The notes under the pieces were generated by a model. It saw only the letters and a program-made list of their open reading frames with translations. It had not been told where the DNA came from and made no database searches. DNA of 64,000 bases from Lingula anatina (taxonomy: Eukaryota > Animalia > Brachiopoda). Location of the stretch: positions 20,584,001 through 20,648,000 of the forward strand of contig CM120640.1 in the NCBI GenBank assembly GCA_051362555.1, given 5' to 3'. Below are positions 13,293-25,469 of the stretch, one piece after another. Every line of letters starts with the position of its first letter. Position 1 is the stretch's first letter. The translations under genes and the position numbers were made by a program.

Positions 13293-14726
13293 GATGTTCT
13301 AAATTTAGCTTACTGAGAGGTATTCCCGAGACCCCTGATTGTGGCACCCTCGGTTTTTTTCTAATATTTATTATATATATATAATTAATATTTATTGATT
13401 TTATTTTGAAAATATTAAGTTTGGATTCAAAGTCTTAATGATGTCTGGAAGGCGTTTGTATTGATAGGTCCAGCTGCAGAATGATTTTGGCGGCATAATG
13501 AATAATAAAAGGCCTAACTGAACTGGGCCTACATGGGCACCGGGCCGGGTACTGGATTGCACGCGAAGTTTCCCCTTTCATCAAATCGGTATTCTTTTTA
13601 CTCAAAGAAGTCATACAGCAAGTCTTTCCGTTTCATACAGCGACTCCTTTGTCGTTTTCAAGCAGGATTTTGATTTAATCGACGGCCTTTTCTTTCAAGT
13701 TTTTCATTTCATTATTGATTAAAATCAATCACCGAACTTCAAGTTTGCAAGGTTGATACTGTTTGACTTGATATAACATCACACGAGTAATTTGTTGTAT
13801 GTAACACCAAAAATAATCACAAACGCAGATACTTTAATTCAAATCACATTCTATCACACGACCCCTTCGAAGTTATTTCAAGCAAATATGACGATTTACA
13901 TACTTAATGATATAACTGTTCACGTTAAAAATAAATCTGCACATGCCGTACTCGTTTTTTCTTATTAAAATAATAAGGCATACTTAGAATGCACCTTGAA
14001 ACATTTTTTTCGTCCATATTTCACCAAGAACGCAATCAGCAACTAAAATGTTTAACAAAAAATCTTATAAGTCAAGGCTACTGGGGTATACATTTTGAAT
14101 GGCGGGTTTTTAGCCAAAGTCTTAAAAATTTGATAACGTAAGCGTAAAAATATATATTCATTTTTTTATATTTGTAGAAATTATATTTGTGATTTGCAGG
14201 AAGCGCCATACAGCACAAGCGAAGAAAATAAGTGTCTTTATTTAAAATTATTTTCAAAATGTACAAGCGTATTTACACTCCATGGGACAAAATTTGCAAT
14301 GAGATCGAAACTAATCCCAAACAATTATCTACTCCATTTTTACATTAGAAACTAGATTTTTGCATTTAAATTAGATTTAGCTTATCATAGCATAAAAACC
14401 TTTACTTACAGCGATTATCATTTAAATAATAAATTTATACAAAACAATATACAATTCAATGGCTGTTTTGAAATGTCTACGTAGTTGGGTAAATCGCCTA
14501 GTACACAGCAAACAAGGAGGGGTCGTAGTTGGGGGACTCCTTTCTCCGTGAAGTCATGCTATTTGAAGAGGAAGATAGCAAAATTCCCCTGAGTTTAAGG
14601 ATGTTCCCGCCGACCTGGACCATCATCTCTTTATTCCATAACGGTAAGCGCTGTCATGAAAGTCCCCGTGAGTTCTCTGAAACTCAGGTAGCAAAAGTGT
14701 TTATTGAGCTTTAAAACCTCTCAAAT

Positions 14727-17700
14727 TTAAATGATTGAGACGACAGCAAAAACTAGAAGTCCTAACAAAAACTGCATTCCATTTGTTTTTATCGTCTGAG
14801 CTTTGTTGCAGATATTGGAAAGGCATGTGCAATCGATCCGCTTTTCCGTACTTTGAAGGAGGCATTCGTCGCGCACGGGGCGTTGTGAGGAATACACTGC
14901 GCAGTCACGTGACACGGTCCTGGTGAGAGTGGTGTCTGGAACGTTAACGATATATAGTTTACAAATAATGTTACACAATTGAGAACAACTGTATCTATAT
15001 TGAAATATATCTAAAGACAGAAGATATGTTGTCTTGAGTGTCTTTATTGTAACTCATTCAAAATCCCACCATTCTTAATAAATGGATTTAACAACATCAG
15101 AAACAAACATCAACCTTTTCAAGAAAAAAAGAAAGAAAGCTGTTTTATCTTTAAAACACTTCAGCGTGACTTACCGCCTCCTATGTAAGCAATGTAATGA
15201 AAAACACGTCTAGTGAAAACGATAAAATTATTGACCTAACACTTTAAAATTAATTACTTTCACAATATGTTACTTTCTTCTAAAGCGCACGTCTATGCCA
15301 AGCAAGACAAAGGCAACTTAGCTAACTCAGAATTTAACAAATGTAAATCAAAATTTATTTCTTTCACAAAATACTACAGTTAACGTATTTGAAATATAAT
15401 TGTCTACAATTTATTATTATACAGACCTATAGCACCTGCAGGACTGCTACTAATAATAGTTTTTCTGCATCCGTAAAGGCACCCGGTGGTGTATATGTTC
15501 ATGTGCCAAAATTCACAGTCAACACACTTGTAGCATCTGTAACCTGCCAAATGAAATTCAATTAGGTATAAATAACAAATATGTTATAAATGATAGTTTA
15601 TGTAAAAGATGAGACAAAGTAACCCTTTGAATAACAAATAGCTTATCAAAGTGGCCCAAAAATTTGGAAAAGACTAGATGGCCAAGATTTTTCCTTCTAT
15701 GCGCTTTTTGAAAAAAGCCTCAAATATACTTGATGACTTAAAAAGTGGTACAAACAATTTCGTACAATTGAAAAACATTTTTTGTTTCAAATGCATGTCC
15801 TGTGTAGCATTATAGGACAGTTCCCTTACGAAATCTTCACTCAACAGTTATAGCTTTCTCTTTGTTCCCTAAGGCCACACTTTTTTATTTTTATGGATGA
15901 CATCCTCTGGGGACCCCAAAGTCGGTGCGAGCGGGCGAAAAAAAAAAAAAAACGGTCCAAAAAAAAAAAAAAAAAAAAATGCTTAAGAATTGTTATGTTT
16001 TCAGTACACAGCTGGAAACACTAAATTACCACAGAAACACGTATCAAACTAACAACATGTCTTTATCCATGCTCTCAAAATATTAAAGCATTGTGAATAG
16101 GGCCTACTTCGTAGAAAGGTAAAAAGTCATGAATATATATGCTGCATATTACCAAATCTATTTAAGGTTATTTCATGCATTCTGTTGGTATAGCAATCAA
16201 TAAAACAAATATCAAATAAACAGCGTGTCTTTATTTGTAGGCCTACTCTCAGAAAATTAAAGCAGTGTAAACACTTCACAGAATTGTTAAAAAAATGAAG
16301 CAAAGATAGGCCTATGCTTCCTACTACCAAAGCTAAAAAAGTAATTTAGGTCGATGCCATTTTGTCTACGTCGACTCACACGTAGCAACCAACTATCGGG
16401 CGGCCTGTCCGACCTTCAGTCCACCAAATACCACGACGCTCTTGTCGACCCTTTTTTCGCTACAAAAAAACCTGGTATGTGCTGCTTTGGACAGAATGTC
16501 ACTGAAATTTTCCGGGCGCGGCCAGCCTTTCGTATAATTGTAAAAGGGTGATATCTTAATGTCCAACATCAATGGCAAACCAATCCAAAACGACGGCCCC
16601 CGTTCTCTTTATGACTTTAATTGTCGTGTATTTTGAAATTAATGCTAGAGATGAATTTGACGGCAAAGCCGCCATATTTCCACGTGGTGATAATACGCAT
16701 GCGCAGAAAGCTCATTTTCCGCACTCGGAACTACTCGGATGTCTCCGCAGTCGACAATGACAGTATGGAGCTTGCGGAATTAGCCGAGGATTGCCGATTG
16801 CATTTTCCGGCAAATTCAATAACGACGTTTGCGACAACCGACTTCCTTGGAGGGGGGGGGGGGATTTTTTTTTTTTTTTTTTTTGGAGAACGGACGAAAA
16901 TCGGTGCGCGCGCAGGATGTCATCCATAAAAATAAAAAAGTGTGGCCTAATAAATGTCATTCGTTTTCAGGTGTCTGTACTGATCACATGATCAGAATTT
17001 ACCAATGGATCCATGAAATGGACTGAATTTAACACCATCTATCATTCAATATCTTTTTTAAATCTTGATTTTCTATAATAAGGTGAAGCACGAGGAGGGG
17101 GGGGGTCTTACCTCGTCTCTGGTTATGTATGGTGCATCCAGCTCTCTCCCAAGATTCATCACTCTCATCTATACAATCGGCTTCTCCGTCACACATATAC
17201 TTAGGATTGATACACTCTCCGTTCTTGCATTTGAATCCATCATATTTCCCATAGTCGTGTTCACAGGATTCGTAAGCAGACACTGGAATTATACATAAAG
17301 CGTATGATAAAAGAGAGACGTGGTAATATGAAAAAAAGAGGGGAAAGAGTCCCATGTCCCGTTAAGGTTTTGCAATTACTTGTCTTCAGGCATTAAAACG
17401 TGCGTTATAATAGTATTTATGTGCACAGCATTATGAAAGAAATCGCAGATTTCATTTTTTTGCCGTCGCATTTGCACCTTCAGTCCAGTCAAGGACCCAC
17501 AATATATACTCATGATGGGTCTAAGGTGAAATAAAAAGAAATCGTTACACCCGTTTTATCGCGTGTATACATTTCATATATGTAGGCGGATAGAAATTGA
17601 CAGGTATAGTAACATCTTCGGAAAATGGGCTGATGAAAAATGCGACTTGACTATCAGTAAATTAAAGTTAAACGTCAACAGGACATCAACTGAGTTCCAA

Positions 17701-17852
17701 AATATCACTCGCATTCAGTGCCAACTTCATATTTAGGTCACAAATTCAAACACGACTTAAACTTTGTTGCGTGTCGAGAGTTAAATTAAGCACTCACCTG
17801 TACCAGTTAAAAGCACCAAGACGAATATTAAATATGAATTTTTCACATCCAT
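14727..17852 (-). CDS. Secreted/GPI-type protein: signal peptide + LDL-receptor class A repeat + Ly6/uPAR (three-finger, quiver-like) domain + hydrophobic tail
   Basis: Exon 17852-17798 gives MDVKNSYLIFVLVLLTGT. Exon 17282-17112 gives CEHDYGKYDGFKCKNGECINPKYMCDGEADCIDESDESWERAGC, a canonical LDLa repeat. Exon 15543-15427 (alternative donor 15436) gives GYRCYKCVDC...GCLYGCRK. Exon 14935-14727 gives RDC...ECL...CTCLSNICNKA plus FLLGLLVFAVVSII*. All introns are phase 1 and GT-AG. Confidence 0.8.
15873..16947. mobile_element. PIF/Harbinger-type non-autonomous DNA transposon, about 1.07 kb
   Basis: Perfect 34-bp TIR GGCCACACTTTTTTATTTTTATGGATGACATCCT (15873-15906 and 16914-16947). TAA target duplication at 15870-15872 and 16948-16950. 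No transposase ORF. Confidence 0.92.
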
Positions 17853-17966
17853 TGTTCTCTGCCCAGTATTCAACTGGCAAACATCACAGGACGAAGAAGA
17901 CAGGGTCTGTTGATATCATAGCAAGCCCTCTCTCCGGTCGTTCTCCATTAGTCACAGCTACCGATG

Positions 17967-17976
17967 TGCGCATGCG
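17967..17976. promoter_or_regulatory. NRF1-like motif TGCGCATGCG upstream of the LDLa-Ly6 gene
   Basis: Motif lies about 115 bp upstream of the ATG in a CpG-containing region. Function is inferred. Confidence 0.3.
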
Positions 17977-19248
17977 TCAGGTATAAAATGATGGTGACAA
18001 AGCACACCTGGATTAATTCCTGTAAAATGTGTTAGTTGTGCTGTCAACATTAAGGCGGGAGACGTGAGGAAAGATGTGTTCGCGTCTTTTCTAAATGGTT
18101 ACGCACTAGTAGACAATTATTTTTTCACGATCTTATACTTAGTGGGTTAAATGAAAATAGCGTTACAAGAGCACTTAACAAATATCTGTTTTTTACATGG
18201 TTTCAGTTTTTTTATGGAAAAAAATCCCTTGATTTTTGCTATCAGAAAATTCAAAATGGCATTATGTTCGGCTCGTTCTGTTATTCAAACATATTTTCTG
18301 GATTAATCGTTATGTCTCACTTCATCATCATCTTGTCAATTTTAGAATAGTCAACTTGTTTCTTTGGGCAATATAAATACCTACATGTAAATGTATTCAA
18401 TTAATAACCCATTTAACATCTTTTAAAAACAATTATCTTTGCATTGGTTTTTGGTAAACAAATTGTCAATGACACATAGTCAACGACATATGTGATTTTG
18501 CATAATGAAAGGTTCTTTTACACCTTCTTCTTTATCATGTGATGTAGCCAGTATCTTTGTGTTTTTTTAAAAAGAATTTCTATCACATCAGGAAGACAAT
18601 TTTTTCAACAAACCATTTATTATCTTCACAGCCTATGTTACATAACAGTTACATGTATTATGAAGAATGTAGTATTTAACTACATAATAATAATAAAAAC
18701 ATTCTTTCCTTAACAAACCACACCAACAGTTAATTTTAAAATGATTTTGTTAATCTCTTTACCTATAGCTAAAAAGGTGCTCTACACAAGCTTTCCACAA
18801 ACATAAAATATCACATTTTTGAATTATAGAATTTGCCATTTTTTTAAAACTTGAATGATTTTAGGGAAAAGAAATGACATCTTAAATATTGTCAAATAAT
18901 ACTGCAATGAAGTAATAGCATTTATTACTAGTAGTAACCTTCACAAATTTTCATAAAACACTTTTACAAATAACTCAGTTCAAACAACAGTATACTGTGG
19001 CAAACAAACAAACAAATATTCTGTAAACTTTTAGGTTTTAAAAGTATCTTCAGGTTCTTTAAATAAAATCTCTACATGAAAAAATCTTTGTTATTGACAC
19101 ATCAATGTCATACTGAGTAGTGATAGTGGGTATAGTTATGTGCAGTGTAAGTCAAGAAAGAGATATCTGATTGCCCACTCCCTTGGTTCCTATACTTATT
19201 GTCCATTAGTGGCACATATATATATATAAATAATAATTTAGCTCCATG

Positions 19249-19588
19249 TTAAGATTCCTCTGCCTGCTCCTTCTTTTTTAGTTCCTGTTTGTAACTGGAA
19301 AAGAAAAGAAAAAAAGGTTGAATTCTCTCTGACAATAATAAAAAACAAGCGCACCACACTTTCAAGAAATCAAAATTATGCAGGTGAGGTTATCATATAC
19401 ATGGTAGTCCCTGAAGTTCACATACTCTTTCTATTTGAATAAAAACACATTTTAAAAAGATTTCCAAATGTTGAAAAATAAGTACAAGGTACATTCTAGT
19501 ATACAAATGTGAACTTTGTATATTGTTTTGCTGCAATTAAACCTTGGAATTACATGGGTGTATACCAACACCTTATCCAAACTTCCTT

Positions 19589-19619
<31 letters not shown>

Positions 19620-22600
19620 GAAGCAAACATCACCAGCTATATCATTTCTGGTAACAGCCCATTTCATAAATATGATTAAATATGATGTTGAGAATGGCTT
19701 GTGTGTGCTGGGTCATACCAGTAAACCCCGATTGCCACTGATGATTTGCAAGTTTTATGAAGTTTCCCTGATCAATAAGCTTGGTTTACTTCCCTTGCAG
19801 CTGCCCTTTGCATATGTCTCCACTAATTGCCTATTTCTATGCTCTCTGGATAGACATTAATACTGAACTGCAGTGTAGATGACACAACAATGGTTTGAGG
19901 TAGCAGCCACTGATTGAGAAAAAATGGTGCTGTAGTATTACAGTGTATAAAAACATTCTACGCTGAGATAATACAAGATATGTGATATCACCGTAACAAG
20001 ATGGGGGGATCACTGACCTCCATGTCAGTGTGGTTTGATTACATCAAGGTATGGTTAACACCTCTCTCTGTCTGTCTCTCTCTCTCCCTCTCTCTTTGTG
20101 TGTGTGTTTTATAGTAACTGGATGTTCACATTTTCATAGCAGTTATGATTCTGATGATAAAACAAAAACTAAAATGTATTAAGGCCTATGTGCTACGGTG
20201 GATACTATTATGTATCTTACTTGACTACAATATAGTACTAGTAGGTGACCTTTTGCATGAATCTATCACATCTGATTTATGTGAAATGAAGGAAAATGAT
20301 ATGTTTATACCAAGGGGATAATTAAACTGATGTTTCACATGAAAACCTCAGGGTCATATTTTGAGGCCATAATTAAACAGTCAGTAGTTCATCAGAGCTA
20401 GTTTGCCATACAACCTACATGTATATGAATGAAGGAGCTTTCAGTTGGGCAAAATTGACAACAGTTATGATGTCTCGTATTTTAAATCATCACATTAAAG
20501 GCATTCAAGACATGATAGGCCTTCATAAGGCAAAAGAAATCAATTTTCTGAATAGTTCAACAATTTTTATAAGCAAGGTATTTTCTATCCATAAATGTTC
20601 TAATTCACTGACAAGCTAAAGGGACATAAATGAATACAGTGCTTCGGCCATACCCTCATCCTAAAAGATGTTTTTTCCTGACACTTTAAAGAAAAAAGAT
20701 ATTATTAACCTTTACAAAAAAAGTTGCTATGAAAATAATGTTACTTCCACAATACACAAAACTCATTATTGCCACCTAATTACTAGAAGAGATGGACATA
20801 CCAGCACTGACTAAATGACTTCTTCACATAGTACATAAACCCTTGGGACTCATTCATTAAATGACTGTGACAAATGTCAATTTTCTGCTAATTACAAGCA
20901 TTTTTGTGTGACTAACTGCTGTATGTGAATCACATTCATGATTAATAGTTGAAATTTACCTAAGTCGTACCATTTTGATGCTACATACATAAAACTGCAT
21001 TAGAACACAAGACTGTTTAGCACCAAAAATTACTATATTATATAATGTAATTACCAAACTCTATGGATATTAACTCCAACAAGAAAATTAAAAAACTTAA
21101 AATATTTCAAATTATTAAAAATAAAGAGAATGAAATAGATGAGGAAAGGATGAAGGGTCATTCTATCAGTCACTTAAATGTAGTGCCAATGATAATGATA
21201 TCAGATTCTATATAAACATTCTTTATCGCCAAAGCTGCTGAACAATCGTGCACTCAATGAAAAAAGAACTAAAACCATCAATATGCAGATGCAACCACAT
21301 ACTCCCATACGATACTGGCATGAGCATGCATCAGCAAATTACAAGTATGCAGTCCTTTTTGATTTCCTTTCTACCAAGAGCCCTAAATTTGCATGTCAAT
21401 AGATTACCTATGCAGCTGAATCTAAATGATATTGACTAGCATGTTTACTTTGGTAAGCTGTTGTGAAAACACCGGGGGCAACATGGCGCAGGTAAACTAA
21501 ATTCTTAAGTCGGGATAAATACATTACTGAACAACGTGGGTATTCTTTCAGAAAAAAAGGGCAGCATTAATAGTCTAGCTGGTACTTTGCAAATGACAGG
21601 TAGGCTCATTAAGTCTGCAGAAAGTGGTGGTGAAGAGAGACTTTTCAGGTAGGCTCCACATATCACTTCATGGCCAGGTTCATGTGTTTCACAACATTGT
21701 AAAATCAAAGTGTTGTCAAGTACAAACTGGATGCTGTTACTATTGACAGTTATGTAATCACCCCAGCAAGCAAGAAGATATATTGAAATTGAAATAAACG
21801 ATTAATGACTCTGAGGTGATTTTTCACAAAATGTCTGTAATTAAAAGGGAAAGATTTACGCCATGCACTGCTGTACAGCAAGATGATGTATTGAAATTAG
21901 TTCCTTAGAAATGATTAATGACCCTGGGGCAATTTCAAATTGTCTGTAATCAAAAGGGGAAGATTTGAGCCATGCACCACTGAACCTCACTTTGCCAATT
22001 TAGACTCCGTTCACATGAAAAATCTATTTTCTAAAAATCTATTTTCTATTCGCGGTATCTTGTGATCACTCCGAGCGCAGCCGAGAATTAATTACAGCTT
22101 TGGAAGTAACTGGCTAGTAACTATTCAGGGCACAGAGCGTGATCACAAGATACTGCGAATAGAAAATAGATTTTTAGAAAATATATTTTTCATGTGAACG
22201 AAGCCTTATTCAAAACTCTTTCCCATCAGGTTTTTCACTTCTTCTGTCTTTTTTAATGCTTTTGTTATTGGTACTATAATATGACAGGCAATGTCTTTCT
22301 GTTATAGTTAAAATTTAGCATAGTAACAGGAGTGAAATTCTTAATTATTTAAATGTTTTTTTTTTTAGGCTAACTTAATGAGGAACTGATCACGAAAGTG
22401 AGATCACTTACTTAATTCTTATGAGACATGAGAAAAAATGTGACGTGGGTACTCTGATGCTGCCACCCAAACACAACAGACAAATGTCTAAGCAGCATAT
22501 GACAGAGACATTTGAACTAGACATACATGCTCCAAATTTCCACCAATCTTCCATTTATAAGGCAATCAAGGAGAAAGACCCTCATGGTTTGTCCTCGGCA

Positions 22601-25414
22601 ATACGTGGAGGTTGTTCTGTACACACAGTTGAGGATGAATTCCAACTGACATATTTACACCTGCTTGTTTTCACAGCGGATGGAACTACAGAAAGGACAT
22701 TCATTCCTATGGTATATAGTTTGTCCAATTCTGGCATCCGTATTGATGCTATGGATTACAGAGGACGGACAGCGCTTTATCATGCTGCAGAGAAGGGCTT
22801 GCATGATATCATGCTGGCATTGCTCAGATGCGGCGCTGTGCCCGAAGATGAAATAGTTGAGGTGATAAGAGCAAATGGTGGCCCGTTTGAATATGAACTC
22901 ATGAGTACTTTTCTTAAATTCAAGCCAGGAATATCCACGGCTGTGCAAAAGGGGGATTTCAAAACCACACAACGTCTAGTCAGTTACTGGGTGCGAGTCA
23001 ACAGTAAACATGATGGCAAGCATCTATTGGAGATAGCAAAAGAGACAAAAAATGCTGAGCTTTGTCAATTTCTAGAATCAAAATTAACCACCACAGAGCT
23101 TGCCCATGCTGTCCTAGCAGGTGATATAAAACTTGCACAAAAGCTGCTCCGTTTCGGCAACTGTGATATTAACACAATGGATATGGCATATAGGGAAAAT
23201 TATTTAAAAGCCTACACACCAAGAAGTCTTCGAGATACAGCACAAGATTTAGGTCATATTGACTTAGTTCGAATATTACCTGTTGTCAATTACAGTAAAG
23301 ATGGGGATGACACCATCATTTCTAGAAATAATGAGGATGCACATCCAAACATTAAACCTGGAACGACTACCTCAGCAGCATGCATATTATTATAATCTAC
23401 TTTCTTCTACTTTATTTTTTAAAAATAATTATGTTGTTTACTTAATGTCACTGCTCATTACTTAGATTGGATGTGGAAATTTTCTAATCATGACAGTCAT
23501 TTTTTTCCACAGAATATGACCCCTTCAATTAATTTTATTTTAATAAGGATTGCAAATGACTGAGACTTTTAGGGCTGTAAACAATTGAAGGTGGACTGCA
23601 GATATTGATATCCCTGGTTAAGGCATTGGGGGCAAATTAATAATATGAAATACACCATGAAAAATTTGGATTCTCTTTGTAATGTAATTAAACATTATTC
23701 GATCTTTCATTTAAAACACTTTCAATGTGCCCTTACTAGTACCCAATTATGAGCTTCCATGTAAGATTTCAAATATCAAATATTTCCTTTTTTACAAAGT
23801 ATGCAGTTTTAATACTGCAAGCATGGCACATTAAGGTCATATTATGTTATTCAATCACAAATTGAGTGATTTTGAAAGTCTGCCCCCTATAAGTATAACT
23901 TAAATCAATGTGATCACTTAATGTGCAGTGTATGTCTAGATCTCAGTTATTACTCAAAAAATTCAAACAAAACAATTCTACTTCCCAAAATACATGAATC
24001 ATCAAAAAATGAGAAAACACACACACAATGAGACCTAAAGGGCTATGTTTCTACACTTCAATTATCAGTGGGTTGGAGGGTGGAAAGGGGAAATAAAAAA
24101 TTAATTATTACACTTCAATGCCCCATCCTACTCAATATCAACAAATAACTTTTTACATGTATACTTATTTCTATTGTTCTTTTGATAAAAACTTAAAAAC
24201 CACAAATATTTTGTTTTTAGGCAATTAACAAAAACTTTCTAGTCATTTCAGTTCTCCGATACAAAAAACAAATTGGCTGGACTCTTTTTAAGTCATTGGC
24301 TTGACTCTTTAAGTCATTCAGTTTCCCTCTAATCAAGAAAGCCATATTTAAATGAAGGTATTAAACGTCTAAATAATAAAGATTTCATGTGTCAGGTGTA
24401 AAATAACACAAAAATAGAATACTGTCTATATATTAGTTGATTGTATTGAATGTTCGTTTATGCATGTGATTACTTGTATAAAGGGACATATGTGCTTTGC
24501 ATTCATGGACCCATATATAATATCCAAATATAAGGAATCAAAATAAAAAATACCAATAAAGAAAAAAGTTTCTATGTGTCTGATATATGATAGACAATAT
24601 CATCATTAAAAAGATGCAAATTAAGGAAGTCGTGTCATGTGGATATACTGACAGTCTGGTCCATTGGTATAACAGTTTGAATACAAGTTATGGATGTGGC
24701 AGCTATATGCTGTGTTGTCAACACTGTCACCAATGGGGATAATCCAAGATAGCCCGAAGTCTCAAAACTCAACATTATCATAAAATCAAGCAATATTTCT
24801 AGGAGAGTGGAAGCAGAAATAATGGCAGAATAGAGAGTGTGATGTAGCAATGAAAGCAGATGGAATGAATCTACAGAGCTCTAAGTTCTGTCTAATTATA
24901 GTCTTATGAATAGTATTATCAGAGTATGGATTCACAATATTTTGTGTATCACTTTTGTATTGATTTCTAAAATGACATTACCAGTGCACAGTATCACCTT
25001 TATTGCTGAAAAGTTTCTTGCATCTTTTCCTAGTCTAGTGTGATGTCAAGCCAACGAGCCAACGGTTTTAATTTATTTTCAGCTATACTTGGATAATGTC
25101 CACTGCATCATTATATGATAAAGTTGGGGACTACACAAGCTGCATTTAATGACCAAAAAAAATCAACATGTAATATTTGCTATGTATACTGCTGCAACTC
25201 TTCAATGTCTCTATATGTTTACCAGTGAAGGTAACCCTTTTTCTACACTAAAAAACTTACAAGTATATTTTCTGTAGCTGATATATCCCAGTTATTGCTA
25301 CAAATATATTGACGCTAAAAAGATTCCAGTTCTTGGGGATGATAACCATGGAGTATCTGGACCAAATTAACCCTAAAATAAAAAAATGGATTGCCTTGAA
25401 AAAATTTATACCAA

Positions 25415-25469
<55 letters not shown>

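Noticed and set aside
19737-19772. TGATGA...CTGA as a C/D-box snoRNA
   Set aside because: The boxes are only about 25 nt apart, there is no terminal stem, and it is antisense to the host intron.
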